DNA from: Bacillus thermozeamaize
GTDB taxonomy: Bacteria; Bacillota; Bacilli; ZCTH02-B2
Reading direction: 5' to 3'
DNA length: 64,000 nt
Assembly (NCBI GenBank): GCA_002159075.1
Contig: LZRT01000072.1
Span: 7,096 to 71,095 of the forward strand
Below, piece after piece: positions 32,029 to 41,762 of the stretch (positions are counted from its first letter, which is position 1; the number at the start of each line of letters is the position of its first letter). Position numbers and translations under genes: made by a program. The notes under the pieces were generated by a model that did no database searches, was not told the DNA's origin, and saw only the letters and a list, made by a program, of their open reading frames with translations.

Positions 32029-33557
32029 AGGGGAGGGAGCCGCAGCGCGGGAGTCCGCCGCCGCTGCGCCGGAGATTCCCGCTCCAGCTGCTGCGTCAGA
32101 GATTCCCGCTTCAGCTACTGCGTCAGAGATTTTCGCGCCAGTTGGGGATTCAGTGGAAAGTGACCGTCATTTTCGTCCTCCTGATCCTCCTGGCGATGCA
32201 GCTCATCAGCGTCTATTTCCTGCGCTCCCTGGAGCGCTATTATGTGGCCAATTTTACGGAAACGATGTACGCCCAGGGAAATCTCCTGGCGGCCAACCTT
32301 GAGCGGTACATGCAGGCGGGCGATCGGGTCGAAGAGATTGACGGTCTGGTCAAGCAGTTTTTTGTGATGAACGGCGTGGAAGTTCAGGTGCTGGACAACA
32401 ACGGCGTCATTCTCAGCGCCACTTGGGACGCCGAGGAGAGGGTGGGCCAGAAAAATTTGCAAACCGAAGTGAACAGGGCCTTGCTGGGGTTGCGGAATGA
32501 CGCGATTCGCCTGGATCCGGAGACCGGACAGCGGAAGCAGTTGATCGCGATCCCCATTCAGCGGGAGGGACGCGTTCTGGGCGCCGTATTCCTGGAAGCG
32601 TCGCTGGAAGAGGTGTACCAGACCATCGGCAAGATCACCAATTTGTTCGCCAGCGGCACAGCCATCGCGCTGATCCTGACAGCCGTCCTGGGAGTGATTG
32701 TCACCCGCACGATTACCCGGCCGATTTCCGAGATCACGCGGCAGGCCCAGGCGATGGCCCGCGGCGATTTTGACCGGCAGGTGAATGTCCATAGCGGCGA
32801 CGAGATCGGACAACTGGCGGCCGCCTTTAACCATCTCAGCCGGCGGCTGCGGGAAGCGCTGGCGGTCAATGCCGAGTTTGTGGCCAACGTCTCCCACGAA
32901 CTGCGCACCCCGCTGACCACGCTGCGGAGTTACCTGGAGGCCCTCTCGGACGGTTCGGTGGAGGATGATGCGACCCGGCAGCGGTTCTTGCAGGTGGCCT
33001 ACCAGGAAACGGAACGGATGATCCGTTTGGTGGAAGATCTGCTGAAACTGTCCCGGCTGGATTCGTCCGAGGCCAAGACGGCGCTGGAGCCGCTGCCGCT
33101 GGCCAGGCTCATCGAGCAGGTGGTGGAGCGGTTCCAGTTGCCGGCGCAGGAGAAAGGGATTCGCCTGGAGCTTCACCTGGAGAGAAAGCCGGTTGTCTGG
33201 GGCAACCGGGATCAGTTGCAGCAAGTGATGGACAACCTGCTTTCCAACGCGCTGAAGTACACCTCTTCCGGCGGCCAGATCGGGATTCGCCTCACCCAGC
33301 GCGGGCAGGAAGCCCTGGTTTCGGTTCAGGACACCGGGATCGGCATCCCGGAGGAGCACTTGCCGCGCGTTTTTGACCGTTTTTACCGCGTGGACAAGGC
33401 CCGCTCACGCCAGGCCGGCGGCAGTGGCCTCGGGTTGTCCATCGCCCGGAAAGTGGTGGAGGCTCACGGGGGGAACATTTGGCTCAAGAGCCAGGTTGGC
33501 AAAGGCACCACGGTTTATTTCACCGTTCCCCTGGCGGAAAAAGAGGGGGTAGGGTGA
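32025..33557 (+). CDS. walK: sensor histidine kinase WalK (YycG) variant lacking a cytoplasmic PAS domain
   Basis: Two TM helices around an extracytoplasmic domain, HAMP, then directly the H-box …[12 protein letters not shown]…, followed by N, G1 and G2 boxes. 510 aa. GTGA overlap with walR. Confidence 0.85.
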   Translation: MKGREPQRGSPPPLRRRFPLQLLRQRFPLQLLRQRFSRQLGIQWKVTVIFVLLILLAMQLISVYFLRSLERYYVANFTETMYAQGNLLAANLERYMQAGDRVEEIDGLVKQFFVMNGVEVQVLDNNGVILSATWDAEERVGQKNLQTEVNRALLGLRNDAIRLDPETGQRKQLIAIPIQREGRVLGAVFLEASLEEVYQTIGKITNLFASGTAIALILTAVLGVIVTRTITRPISEITRQAQAMARGDFDRQVNVHSGDEIGQLAAAFNHLSRRLREALAVNAEFVANVSHELRTPLTTLRSYLEALSDGSVEDDATRQRFLQVAYQETERMIRLVEDLLKLSRLDSSEAKTALEPLPLARLIEQVVERFQLPAQEKGIRLELHLERKPVVWGNRDQLQQVMDNLLSNALKYTSSGGQIGIRLTQRGQEALVSVQDTGIGIPEEHLPRVFDRFYRVDKARSRQAGGSGLGLSIARKVVEAHGGNIWLKSQVGKGTTVYFTVPLAEKEGVG

Positions 33558-35017
33558 TGAACGAGCTGCAGCGGCGAATGATCGAGACGGGGAAATCCAT
33601 TCTCCTGGTGTTTCTGGTCCTGCTCAGCATCTTTCTCACCTGGTTGTTGTGGTACCAGCGTCCGCCTTTCACGGCGGTGGAGAAGAACTACACTTCTATC
33701 CCGCCGCTCGGGGAGGAACGGAAACCGGAACAGCTGATCGCACCGCAGGTCATCTACTTTCACGAATCGGGAACGCACCGGATGGCCTTGCCCTATTCTC
33801 ATCCTCACCGCATGGCGTTGGAGAAGCTTTCCGAATGGAAGGTCAGGAACCTGGAAGCGGTCTCTTGGGCGGAACTGGATTGGCTGGGCATGAGGCGGGC
33901 GGTCGGCATCGAGCTGGAGTACGGCTTTCGGGTGCCGCTTAAGGAACTGTCTGTGATCTGGGAAGGGGTGGAGGCCGGCGCGGGGCAGATGGAAGCCGTC
34001 ACCCGTCTGTGGGCCTGGTCAGGGGCGGAGGGTCAGATCTGGCTTTATTTCATCGATCAGGAGCGGCGGCAGGCAGCCCGCGGTGTGGTGGAAGCGGAGC
34101 CGCCGGAGTGGCAAATGCTGCTCCAATCGGCTGCCGGCTTGCCGAAGGTGCATTTTTACCCCGCTTCCCAAGCGGCGAACCGGTTGCCGGCCGCGAAATC
34201 GCCGTCTTCGGGCGCCGCTTCCCCGGCAGCTGCCTCCTCGCCGGATTCGCCGCCGTCCGGCGTCGTGCCGGCGGAAAGCGGAAAGGAAGGGGAGCCTGCA
34301 CCTGCCTCAGAAGGCGCCCCTGAGGGTTGGTACCTGCCGGCCGCACCGCTTGAGGTGGCGGAGGAAGTGGTGCGCCTTGAGCCGATCACGCTGGAGATGA
34401 TCAATCCGTACCTGTTTGTGGATCCGTCCTATATCCGGGAAATGATCACGCGCGATGGCGTATCCGTCTACACCGACGGCAGCCGCAGCCTGCAGGTGGA
34501 ACCATCCCGGTTGCGCCTGGTCTATGATGCGCCAATGGCTTTTTCGCAGGCAAGCCAGGGGAACGAAAGGATGGGGTATTCCGGGATGGCGGTGCAATTT
34601 GTCAATCAGCATGGAGGCTGGACAGGGGACTACCTGATCGACGGATATCAGCAATTCCGGCAGGAGCAAATCCGGTTGCATTTTCGGTTTTATCATGGAC
34701 CCTATCCGGTGTACGGCACCGGAGGGACCGGTGAAGACGGGCGGCTGCTGGTCAGCATGCAGCCCGAAGCGCAGGTGATCTCCCTGGAGCGGCCGCTGTA
34801 TCGCTTGGGGCAGAGGTTAAAACGCCAGTCACGGATTCTGCCTGCCGGTGATGTGGTGTATCAACGCCTGCTTCAGCTGCAGCGGGAAGGCGTCCCGGTG
34901 CGGCAGGCGCGGGTGGCCTACCGCATGGAATTGGCAAAGGGGCAGGTGCGCCTTGTACCAGGCTGGGTGCTGGCAGAACCGTCAGGGGCTTTCCGCTGGC
35001 TGGATGCGGCGGAATGA
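33557..35017 (+). CDS. walH: two-component regulatory protein WalH (YycH)
   Basis: ATG overlaps the walK stop. N-terminal TM helix and YycH-like domains. Contains a Pro/Ala/Ser-rich insert. Confidence 0.75.
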   Translation: MNELQRRMIETGKSILLVFLVLLSIFLTWLLWYQRPPFTAVEKNYTSIPPLGEERKPEQLIAPQVIYFHESGTHRMALPYSHPHRMALEKLSEWKVRNLEAVSWAELDWLGMRRAVGIELEYGFRVPLKELSVIWEGVEAGAGQMEAVTRLWAWSGAEGQIWLYFIDQERRQAARGVVEAEPPEWQMLLQSAAGLPKVHFYPASQAANRLPAAKSPSSGAASPAAASSPDSPPSGVVPAESGKEGEPAPASEGAPEGWYLPAAPLEVAEEVVRLEPITLEMINPYLFVDPSYIREMITRDGVSVYTDGSRSLQVEPSRLRLVYDAPMAFSQASQGNERMGYSGMAVQFVNQHGGWTGDYLIDGYQQFRQEQIRLHFRFYHGPYPVYGTGGTGEDGRLLVSMQPEAQVISLERPLYRLGQRLKRQSRILPAGDVVYQRLLQLQREGVPVRQARVAYRMELAKGQVRLVPGWVLAEPSGAFRWLDAAE

Positions 35018-35029
35018 GGGGGGATGGGA

Positions 35030-35881
35030 ATGGATTGGAGCAGAGCGAAAAGCATCCTCATCGTCGCTTTTCTGATCCTTGACCTGCTGCTCATCTGGGA
35101 ACTGGTGGAACGGCAGTCCATCCTGGAGGAAGGCTTTGCGGCGGCCAAGCAGGAACTGGAACAGCAGTTGCGGCAAAAGCGGATTGACGTGAAGACAGAG
35201 GTTCCCGTGGAGATCCCGGACGGCTGGGTGTTGACCGTGCAGTTTCGGGAAGTGACCCCTCCCGAGACGCAAGCGTTCAGGCGCTTTCCCAGTGAGCGGC
35301 AGCCCAACCAGTGGGCGGTTCAGCTCCTGGAGCCCTATCCCCTGGTCCGGGAAATATCGCCTCGTTCCGACGGCTTGCCCGAACTGCCCGCCGATCTCAT
35401 CTGGAAGGCCCGCCAGTACCAGCCAGACCCGCTCCTGTCGACCGCAGGCCTCTGGCGGTATGTCCAAATGGCCGAGGACGTACCGATGTTCAACGTCGGA
35501 TTGGAGGTTGAGGTAAAAGCGGGAAAGGTGACAGGTTACCGGCAATCCTGGGTGGAGATCCGCAAGCGTGAAAAGGCGCCGGCCCTGATTCCAGCGGCAA
35601 CGGCAGTGTACAGCCTGCTGGAGAACCAATACCTTCCCCCCAGATCCGCCCTCTTGGAGATCCGCTTCGGATACTACGGACGGCTGTACAACGCCGATGA
35701 GCAGGTGCTAAACCCGGTTTGGCGGGTGGTCTTCGATCAGCCGGAACCCGGCGGCAAGACAAGCCGCAAGGTGCTCTTTGTCAATGCCATCACCGGCAGC
35801 CTGGAACTGGATGAACCGGAGCGGAGAGGTCTGACGGGCACGGAATCCGGCACGGAATTTGTCGCGGATGGCACGGAATGA
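35030..35881 (+). CDS. walI: two-component regulatory protein WalI (YycI)
   Basis: N-terminal TM helix (…ILIVAFLILDLLLIW…) and a YycI-like periplasmic domain in the syntenic position. Confidence 0.75.
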   Translation: MDWSRAKSILIVAFLILDLLLIWELVERQSILEEGFAAAKQELEQQLRQKRIDVKTEVPVEIPDGWVLTVQFREVTPPETQAFRRFPSERQPNQWAVQLLEPYPLVREISPRSDGLPELPADLIWKARQYQPDPLLSTAGLWRYVQMAEDVPMFNVGLEVEVKAGKVTGYRQSWVEIRKREKAPALIPAATAVYSLLENQYLPPRSALLEIRFGYYGRLYNADEQVLNPVWRVVFDQPEPGGKTSRKVLFVNAITGSLELDEPERRGLTGTESGTEFVADGTE

Positions 35882-36016
35882 AGAGAACGTTGAGCTTTTG
35901 CCGTAAACGGCTGTAGCCAAGCCCTCCCGTCTGACTGGAACGGCAGCAAAAGAGAGCGGCAGAAACAAAAGAGCGGCAGAGATGGAATAGAGTGGCAGAA
36001 ATGGAGAGGAGAACAA

Positions 36017-36820
36017 ATGCGGTTTTCAGTGTTGGCCAGTGGCAGCACGGGCAATGCGCTTTACATTGAAACGGACGAGGTGCGCCTGCTGGTGGATGCC
36101 GGCCTCAGCGGCCGGCAGCTGGAACAGTTGCTGGCGGAACACAGGATTGGCCCGAATCAGCTGGATGCCATCCTGATCAGCCACGAACATATCGATCATG
36201 TCAAGGGCGTCGGTGTGCTGGCGCGCCGTTACCAGCTGCCGGTTTACGCCAACAGCGGCACCTGGAGGGCCATGCCCGCACAGGTGGGCGAGATTCCGGA
36301 AGGACAATGCCGGGTCTTTGAAACGGGGCGGTGGTTTCGCATCGGCGATCTGGAGATTGAAAGCTTTCCCACCTCCCACGATGCGGCGGAGCCGGTGGGA
36401 TTTTGCTTTTATCACGGGGAGGCCAAGCTGGGATTGGCCACCGATTTGGGGTATGTGAGCCGCAAGGTCATGGAAAAAGTGCGCGACTCCCACATCCTGA
36501 TCCTGGAGGCCAATCACGACGTGGAGATGCTCCGGATGAGCCGCTACCCCTGGGAAGTGAAACGGCGGATTTTGAGCGATACGGGCCACCTGTCCAATGA
36601 GTCGGCCGGTGATACGCTCCTGGAGATCCTGAAGATGGGTTCCGCCATCCGGCAGGTGTTCCTGGCCCACCTGAGCCAGGAAAACAATCTGCAGGAACTG
36701 GCCCATCTGACGGTCGAGCACTGTTTGCGCCGGGAACAGATTGAAGTGGGGAAAGAGCTGACGTTGGCCGCCACTTTCCCGGACCGGCCGACGCCGCTGA
36801 AATCCGTTTCAGGTTCATGA
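36017..36820 (+). CDS. walJ: MBL-fold metallo-hydrolase WalJ (YycJ)
   Basis: HxHxDH motif (…SHEHIDHV…). 267 aa. GGAGAGGAG RBS. Confidence 0.9.
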   Translation: MRFSVLASGSTGNALYIETDEVRLLVDAGLSGRQLEQLLAEHRIGPNQLDAILISHEHIDHVKGVGVLARRYQLPVYANSGTWRAMPAQVGEIPEGQCRVFETGRWFRIGDLEIESFPTSHDAAEPVGFCFYHGEAKLGLATDLGYVSRKVMEKVRDSHILILEANHDVEMLRMSRYPWEVKRRILSDTGHLSNESAGDTLLEILKMGSAIRQVFLAHLSQENNLQELAHLTVEHCLRREQIEVGKELTLAATFPDRPTPLKSVSGS

Positions 36821-36897
36821 CGCGCATGATAAGACTGATATACGACTGATAAATGGTACATAAATGCAGGCCTTCTCATGCAGGCCTTCTGCAGGCT

Positions 36898-36932
36898 GCG
36901 CCTCCCTTTCCGGGAGGCGCAAACGTTTTGTT
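36898..36932 (+). terminator. terminator-like hairpin after walJ
   Basis: GCGCCTCCC-TTTCC-GGGAGGCGC stem followed by AAACGTTTTGTT. Confidence 0.6.
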
Positions 36933-36950
36933 CCTGCCATTATTCCACAG

Positions 36951-37151
36951 CTAATTCCACAGCTGCGGGTGCTTCAGGAGTTCTTCATCCAGTTGGTACG
37001 CCTTCTGCAACACCTCGTCGCGCCGGATGATTCCGCGTTCCACGAGTATTTCGACGAGCGCCGTCAGGATCAAGGTGTTTTTGTAATGGTTTTCCTTCAG
37101 ATCGCCCAACTGGGCCACCCAGTTGATTTCTTCCATCGGGGAGAACCGCAT
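36951..37151 (-). CDS. small hypothetical protein (66 aa)
   Basis: MRFSPMEEINWVAQLGDLKENHYKNTLILTALVEILVERGIIRRDEVLQKAYQLDEELLKHPQLWN. AGGGGGTGGG RBS. Opposite strand between walJ and htrA. Confidence 0.45.
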   Translation of the reverse strand: MRFSPMEEINWVAQLGDLKENHYKNTLILTALVEILVERGIIRRDEVLQKAYQLDEELLKHPQLWN

Positions 37152-37343
37152 CAACCCACCCCCTGTCAGATGTTGGCCTGTCATTGCACGAAAAAGATAT
37201 TGATCAGGATTCCCCGCAAGAGAGTGAATTATCCCCCCGGCGTGATGGTGCATAAATGCCCCCCTGATTCAGACACTAAAGACAACGCGTATGATTCCCG
37301 GGCGGGAAAAGACCGGCTGGTGGGGAATTCTGGAGGTGACGAG

Positions 37344-38645
37344 ATGTCAGAACAAAACTGGCAAGGAGAGCGGCGACCGGACGATGACAGGAAGCCGGTC
37401 GGGGGGAGGCGCTATTTGATCTTTTGGTCGGGGGTGGTGATCGCCGCTATGTTTGGACTGATGATCCTCCCCGCCTTTTTGGACGATGGAGGAGACGGGA
37501 GCGGCGCATCGGGAGGGCCCGGGGCCGGCAGGGGATGGAGACCGGTGCGGTATGAAGCGGGCACACAAGCCGGTGACACCACCGGCACTGCCGGGGGTTA
37601 CCGGTTTGGTCCCCAGGGAAGCCCCACCCCGCAAGTCCTGGGCCGCTTAAACCGCCGTGAGACCGACATGGTGCGGGCGGTGGAGGCGGTGCGTCCCGCC
37701 GTGGTCGGGGTGGTGAACCTGCAACGGGCGGGCGACGGGATGAGGCGGCAGGCTGAAATGGTCGAGGCGGGCACCGGTTCCGGCGTGGTGTATGAAGTGA
37801 AGGGAAACGTGGCCCATGTGGTCACCAACAACCATGTCATTGAAGGGGCCAGCCAGGTGGAAGTGGTCTGCGGCATCGGTGACCGGGCAGCGGCCAAAGT
37901 ACTTGGCGCGGACTCGCTGACCGATCTGGCGGTACTGGCCGTTGACGCCCGGTTTGTCAAGGGGGTGGCCCGTTTCGGCAATTCCGATCAACTGGTGCCC
38001 GGCCAACAGGCCATCGCCATTGGCAACCCGCTTGGGCTGGATTTTTCGCAGACGGTAACGGCCGGCGTGATCAGCGCCACCAACCGTGCCATCCCGCTGG
38101 ACTTTGACGGCGACGGAGAGGCGGAGTGGGAGCTGGAGACGATTCAGACCGACGCCGCCATCAATCCGGGAAACAGCGGCGGTGCCTTGGTCAACCTGAG
38201 GGGTGAAGTGGTCGGCATCAACAGCCTGAAAATTTCCGATGCCGGGATCGAGGGGATGGGATTTGCCATTCCTGTCAACGACGCGCTTCCGATTATCCGG
38301 CAGCTGGCTGAAGAGGGACAGATTCAGCGGCCTTACCTGGGGATTACGCCGAAAAGTTTGCAGGCCATTCCCAACCAGGAACGGGTAAATCAGTTGCGAT
38401 TGCCGCAAGAGGTGATTTCCGGGGTCGTCGTATTGCGGGTAGACCCGCCCGCCAGACAGGCGGGCCTTAAGCCCATGGATGTGATTGTTCAAATGGATGA
38501 TCAGTCCATCCACTCGGCGGCCGATTTGCGCCGGTATCTTTACACACGGAAGCGGCCGGGAGAGACGGTGCGCATTTCCTACCTGCGAGGCGGTGAACTG
38601 CGGGAGACGGTGATCCGCCTGACCCCGATGGCAAAGCCCGGTTAA
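37344..38645 (+). CDS. htrA: membrane-anchored HtrA-family serine protease (YycK/HtrC-like) with a PDZ domain
   Basis: TM anchor, catalytic H (…TNNHVIEGA…), D, and GNSGG Ser motif, then a C-terminal PDZ. GGAGGTGA RBS. The track ORF start at 36864 is spurious. Confidence 0.88.
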   Translation: MSEQNWQGERRPDDDRKPVGGRRYLIFWSGVVIAAMFGLMILPAFLDDGGDGSGASGGPGAGRGWRPVRYEAGTQAGDTTGTAGGYRFGPQGSPTPQVLGRLNRRETDMVRAVEAVRPAVVGVVNLQRAGDGMRRQAEMVEAGTGSGVVYEVKGNVAHVVTNNHVIEGASQVEVVCGIGDRAAAKVLGADSLTDLAVLAVDARFVKGVARFGNSDQLVPGQQAIAIGNPLGLDFSQTVTAGVISATNRAIPLDFDGDGEAEWELETIQTDAAINPGNSGGALVNLRGEVVGINSLKISDAGIEGMGFAIPVNDALPIIRQLAEEGQIQRPYLGITPKSLQAIPNQERVNQLRLPQEVISGVVVLRVDPPARQAGLKPMDVIVQMDDQSIHSAADLRRYLYTRKRPGETVRISYLRGGELRETVIRLTPMAKPG

Positions 38646-39649
38646 AACCCTCCGCTGTCGCCAAATCCCCCGCCGTCGCCGAATCCCCCACTATCGCCGC
38701 CGCCAAAGAAATCCCCGAAATCAAAGCCGCCCAGATCGAGGCCTTCACCGCCGGTTTCGCCTGCTCCATCCGCCCCATCGGAGTCAAAAAGCTCATTGAG
38801 GAGCATGCCGCCGAGCATGCCCGCGACGAAGCCGCCCATCGCCTCCGTCATGCCGCTTCCACGGTGGCCGTGACGCCAGACGTGGCCATGAGCAGGCTTT
38901 CCTGAAGCGTGTCTGAACCGGTATGGCTCGGGATTTTGCAGCATCTCTTCGATGATCATCCGCAAATGGGCGGAGAGGGCCTGGACATTGTCCAGCTGTT
39001 TGTTTTCAAGGAAAATCTCTTGTCTCAATTCTCTTTCGCCAAACCCTAACGGGTAAGGGATCATGTCCACTTCCAGGAACAACCGGATGCCGTTTTCCTC
39101 GATGGTTGCGGCGAGTTCCACTTCCTCCAGGCGGTTTTTGTAGTGGGTTGTGGGGAAAAACGCAAACGCCTGGAGATAGCCGTTGAGTTTTCCGGAATCC
39201 GCTTTTTCGCGAAGGCCCAGCATCTCCAAAGCACGGATGATGTTCGCAAACCTGGCTGGGGGAAGCACTTGAATTGTATCGCTGTCGAAATGATCGACGC
39301 CTCCCGCGATATCCAGACGCGTCACAAAGCTGTACGAGACGCCCCTTCTGGAAATGGGCAAATTATTCGGCAGGCGGTACGTAAAAGGCAAGATCTTTTT
39401 TTCGCCGGGACGGATCACGAAAGAGGAGGCAACGGGGATCGAGGTGATCCGGTGTGAAAATGCCTTTCCGTTTGCCGTCAATTTCACGGCCAATTCGACA
39501 AGAATTTGACGGATGTCCTGTTCGACCGTTCCCCCTTCAATGTGAAGCGCCCCTTCGACGTCTTCGCCAAGCATCCATTCGCGCTTGTGCAAAACCAAGT
39601 CCACCTTGGCCGAGCCGACGCCCAGCTTCGCCATGAACTTTTTCAACAT
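38642..39649 (-). CDS. spo0M: sporulation-control protein Spo0M family, with a Gly/Asp/Phe-rich C-terminal repeat
   Basis: SpoOM-family arrestin-like core (MLKKFMAKLGVGSAKVDLVL…). C-terminal (GGFGD)n low-complexity tail. Confidence 0.8.
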   Translation of the reverse strand: MLKKFMAKLGVGSAKVDLVLHKREWMLGEDVEGALHIEGGTVEQDIRQILVELAVKLTANGKAFSHRITSIPVASSFVIRPGEKKILPFTYRLPNNLPISRRGVSYSFVTRLDIAGGVDHFDSDTIQVLPPARFANIIRALEMLGLREKADSGKLNGYLQAFAFFPTTHYKNRLEEVELAATIEENGIRLFLEVDMIPYPLGFGERELRQEIFLENKQLDNVQALSAHLRMIIEEMLQNPEPYRFRHASGKPAHGHVWRHGHRGSGMTEAMGGFVAGMLGGMLLNELFDSDGADGAGETGGEGLDLGGFDFGDFFGGGDSGGFGDGGGFGDSGGF

Positions 39650-39948
39650 CCCGATCAGCGCCTTTCTTGATAAGGTTTGACATTCCCTTCATGACACGAT
39701 GACATGGGAGTTCTTTACATCGATTATATCGGAGTCTGATTGCCAATGAAACATTCGAGCGATTCCTACATTTGAGGGAATGTGGGTTTCCCGTCGTTCG
39801 TTTAAACTGGTGGTAAACTGGCGATTTCGTCCACGACGAGAGCAAGGCAAGCGGGGAACGCAAGCATGGAAAAAATGGATTATTGGCATGGTTAAGTAAG
39901 GAAGTAAGGGAAACGCAACCTGGTGAAAAAGAATGGGGGAGATGGAGA

Positions 39949-40881
39949 ATGGAAAAGGCTCTTTTTTTGGATGTGCCGCCGCACGATGAACGCTGGGGGC
40001 ATGGGAGGACGGAAGGGACGGGCGGTGTTACCTTGCACTACGTCCGGCAGGGGGAGGGCCGCCCCGTGGTGCTGCTGCACGGCTGGCCGGGGTTTTGGTA
40101 TGACTGGCGGCGGATCATTCCGGCATTGGCCGAGAAAGCCGATGTCATCGCGCCTGACTTTCGTGGTTACGGGGATTCCGACAAGCCGGATCTGTCACCC
40201 CTGGAAGGGTACAGCGCGCTTTCCCTGGCGCAGGATGTTGCTGTCCTGCTGGACAGGTTGGGGCTGAGCGATGTCATCCTCGTGGCGCACGACATCGGGG
40301 CGATGGCGGCCCAGGTGCTGGTCCGCATGGCTCCGGGAAAGATCAGTGCCCTTGTGCTGCTGAACCCGCCCTATCCCGGGATCGGCGAGCGGCAGTTTGA
40401 ACCGGCCACGCAGCGGGAATTCTGGTACCAGCATTTTCACCAGTTGCCGCTCGCAGAGGAACTGGTCGGCTACAATCGCGACACGGTGCACATTTACCTC
40501 AAACATTTTTACACGCACTGGGTGGGCCGCAAAGAGGCGGTACGGCCGAAAGAGTTTGCGGAAATCGTGGCGGTGTACGCGCGCCCCGGCGCCTTCAAAA
40601 GCAGTGTCGCCTTTTACCGGACGTTGGGCGCCCTCGCTGCACAGATGGCCATCGCGGCCGCTTCCAAGGACGCTTCGCCCAACCCTCTTTTCGGCAAGAT
40701 CGCCCACCCCACCACCGTCTTGTGGGGAGAGGAGGATCCGGTGATCCGCGCCGCATGGGCAGACCGCCTGGACCGGTTTTTCTCGCAACTGGACCAGGTG
40801 CGTCTTCTGCCGGGTGTGGGGCACTTTGTCCCCTTTGAAGCGCCGAATGAGGTGATGGAGGCGGTCGAGAGGTATTTGTGA
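39949..40881 (+). CDS. alpha/beta hydrolase (epoxide hydrolase-like)
   Basis: …VVLLHGWPGFWYDWR… with the nucleophile motif …VAHDIGAM…. Start choice is uncertain. Confidence 0.8.
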   Translation: MEKALFLDVPPHDERWGHGRTEGTGGVTLHYVRQGEGRPVVLLHGWPGFWYDWRRIIPALAEKADVIAPDFRGYGDSDKPDLSPLEGYSALSLAQDVAVLLDRLGLSDVILVAHDIGAMAAQVLVRMAPGKISALVLLNPPYPGIGERQFEPATQREFWYQHFHQLPLAEELVGYNRDTVHIYLKHFYTHWVGRKEAVRPKEFAEIVAVYARPGAFKSSVAFYRTLGALAAQMAIAAASKDASPNPLFGKIAHPTTVLWGEEDPVIRAAWADRLDRFFSQLDQVRLLPGVGHFVPFEAPNEVMEAVERYL

Positions 40882-40948
40882 TACATTGATGTCATGTGAG
40901 AATATGTCATGCCAAAAATCGGCATCTCAGAACTTGTGGGGGTCTGGC

Positions 40949-41437
40949 ATGAAAGTGACGCTGGTGGCTGTGGGGAGCATCAAGGAGCGGTACATGCAGC
41001 AAGGGATTGCGGACTACGTCAAGCGGCTCCGGCCCTATGCGCGATTGGACATCGTGGAGGTGAAGGAGGAGAAGGCGCCGGAGCATCTGTCCGCCGCGCA
41101 GGAAGAGCAGGTTCGGGAGCGGGAGGGGGAGCGCATCCTGCAGCGCCTGCCGGACGGATCGCCGGGGGCAAAAGTGGTGGTGCTGGACATGCGGGGGAAG
41201 ATGCTCAGCTCGGAGGAGTTGGCGGCGCAGATGGCGGAGTGGGCCACCTACGGGACGCACCAGCTGTACCTGGTGATCGGCGGCTCGTTGGGACTGTCCC
41301 GCACGGTACGGGAGCGGGCCGATCTGCTCTGGTCCTTCTCCCGGCTCACCTTCCCCCACCAGCTGATGCGCCTGATGGTGCTGGAGCAGCTTTACCGGGC
41401 GTTCAAGATCCAGCGCGGGGAGACGTATCATAAATAA
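40949..41437 (+). CDS. rlmH: 23S rRNA (pseudouridine1915-N3)-methyltransferase RlmH
   Basis: Starts MKVTLVAVGSIKERYMQQGIADYVKRL. SPOUT fold, 162 aa. This is the last gene of the conserved backbone. Confidence 0.9.
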   Translation: MKVTLVAVGSIKERYMQQGIADYVKRLRPYARLDIVEVKEEKAPEHLSAAQEEQVREREGERILQRLPDGSPGAKVVVLDMRGKMLSSEELAAQMAEWATYGTHQLYLVIGGSLGLSRTVRERADLLWSFSRLTFPHQLMRLMVLEQLYRAFKIQRGETYHK

Positions 41438-41762
41438 TCCTAATACATTCTTTAATCCCTTGATCTATGTGAAACGACCTAAACTGATTAATATAAAAGC
41501 CTTAACCCTCACGCGAAGTTGGGTTAAGGCTTTCATCTTGCGAGTTTCCGGCCCTTGTAGAAGGATTCTCCATCATTGCCAGTCTCTAAATGGCTTATCC
41601 CCAGCAAATTATAGTAGATATTTGTAACTATAGGTATCATAATAGAGTATGGTAGTTTAAATGAGACGGAAGGTGTGTTCCGAGGTGGGGGCCTTCCTTT
41701 TTAATGCCTAAGCGGGAGCCCCTGCATGTTTAGCGAGTATAGGGGAAAAGGAAGGAGTCGTC

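Noticed and set aside
40907-41433. Two overlapping 174-aa ORFs (both strands) across rlmH
   Set aside because: They are Gly/Arg/Ala-rich GC-frame artefacts. RlmH in the third frame has the conserved SPOUT sequence.
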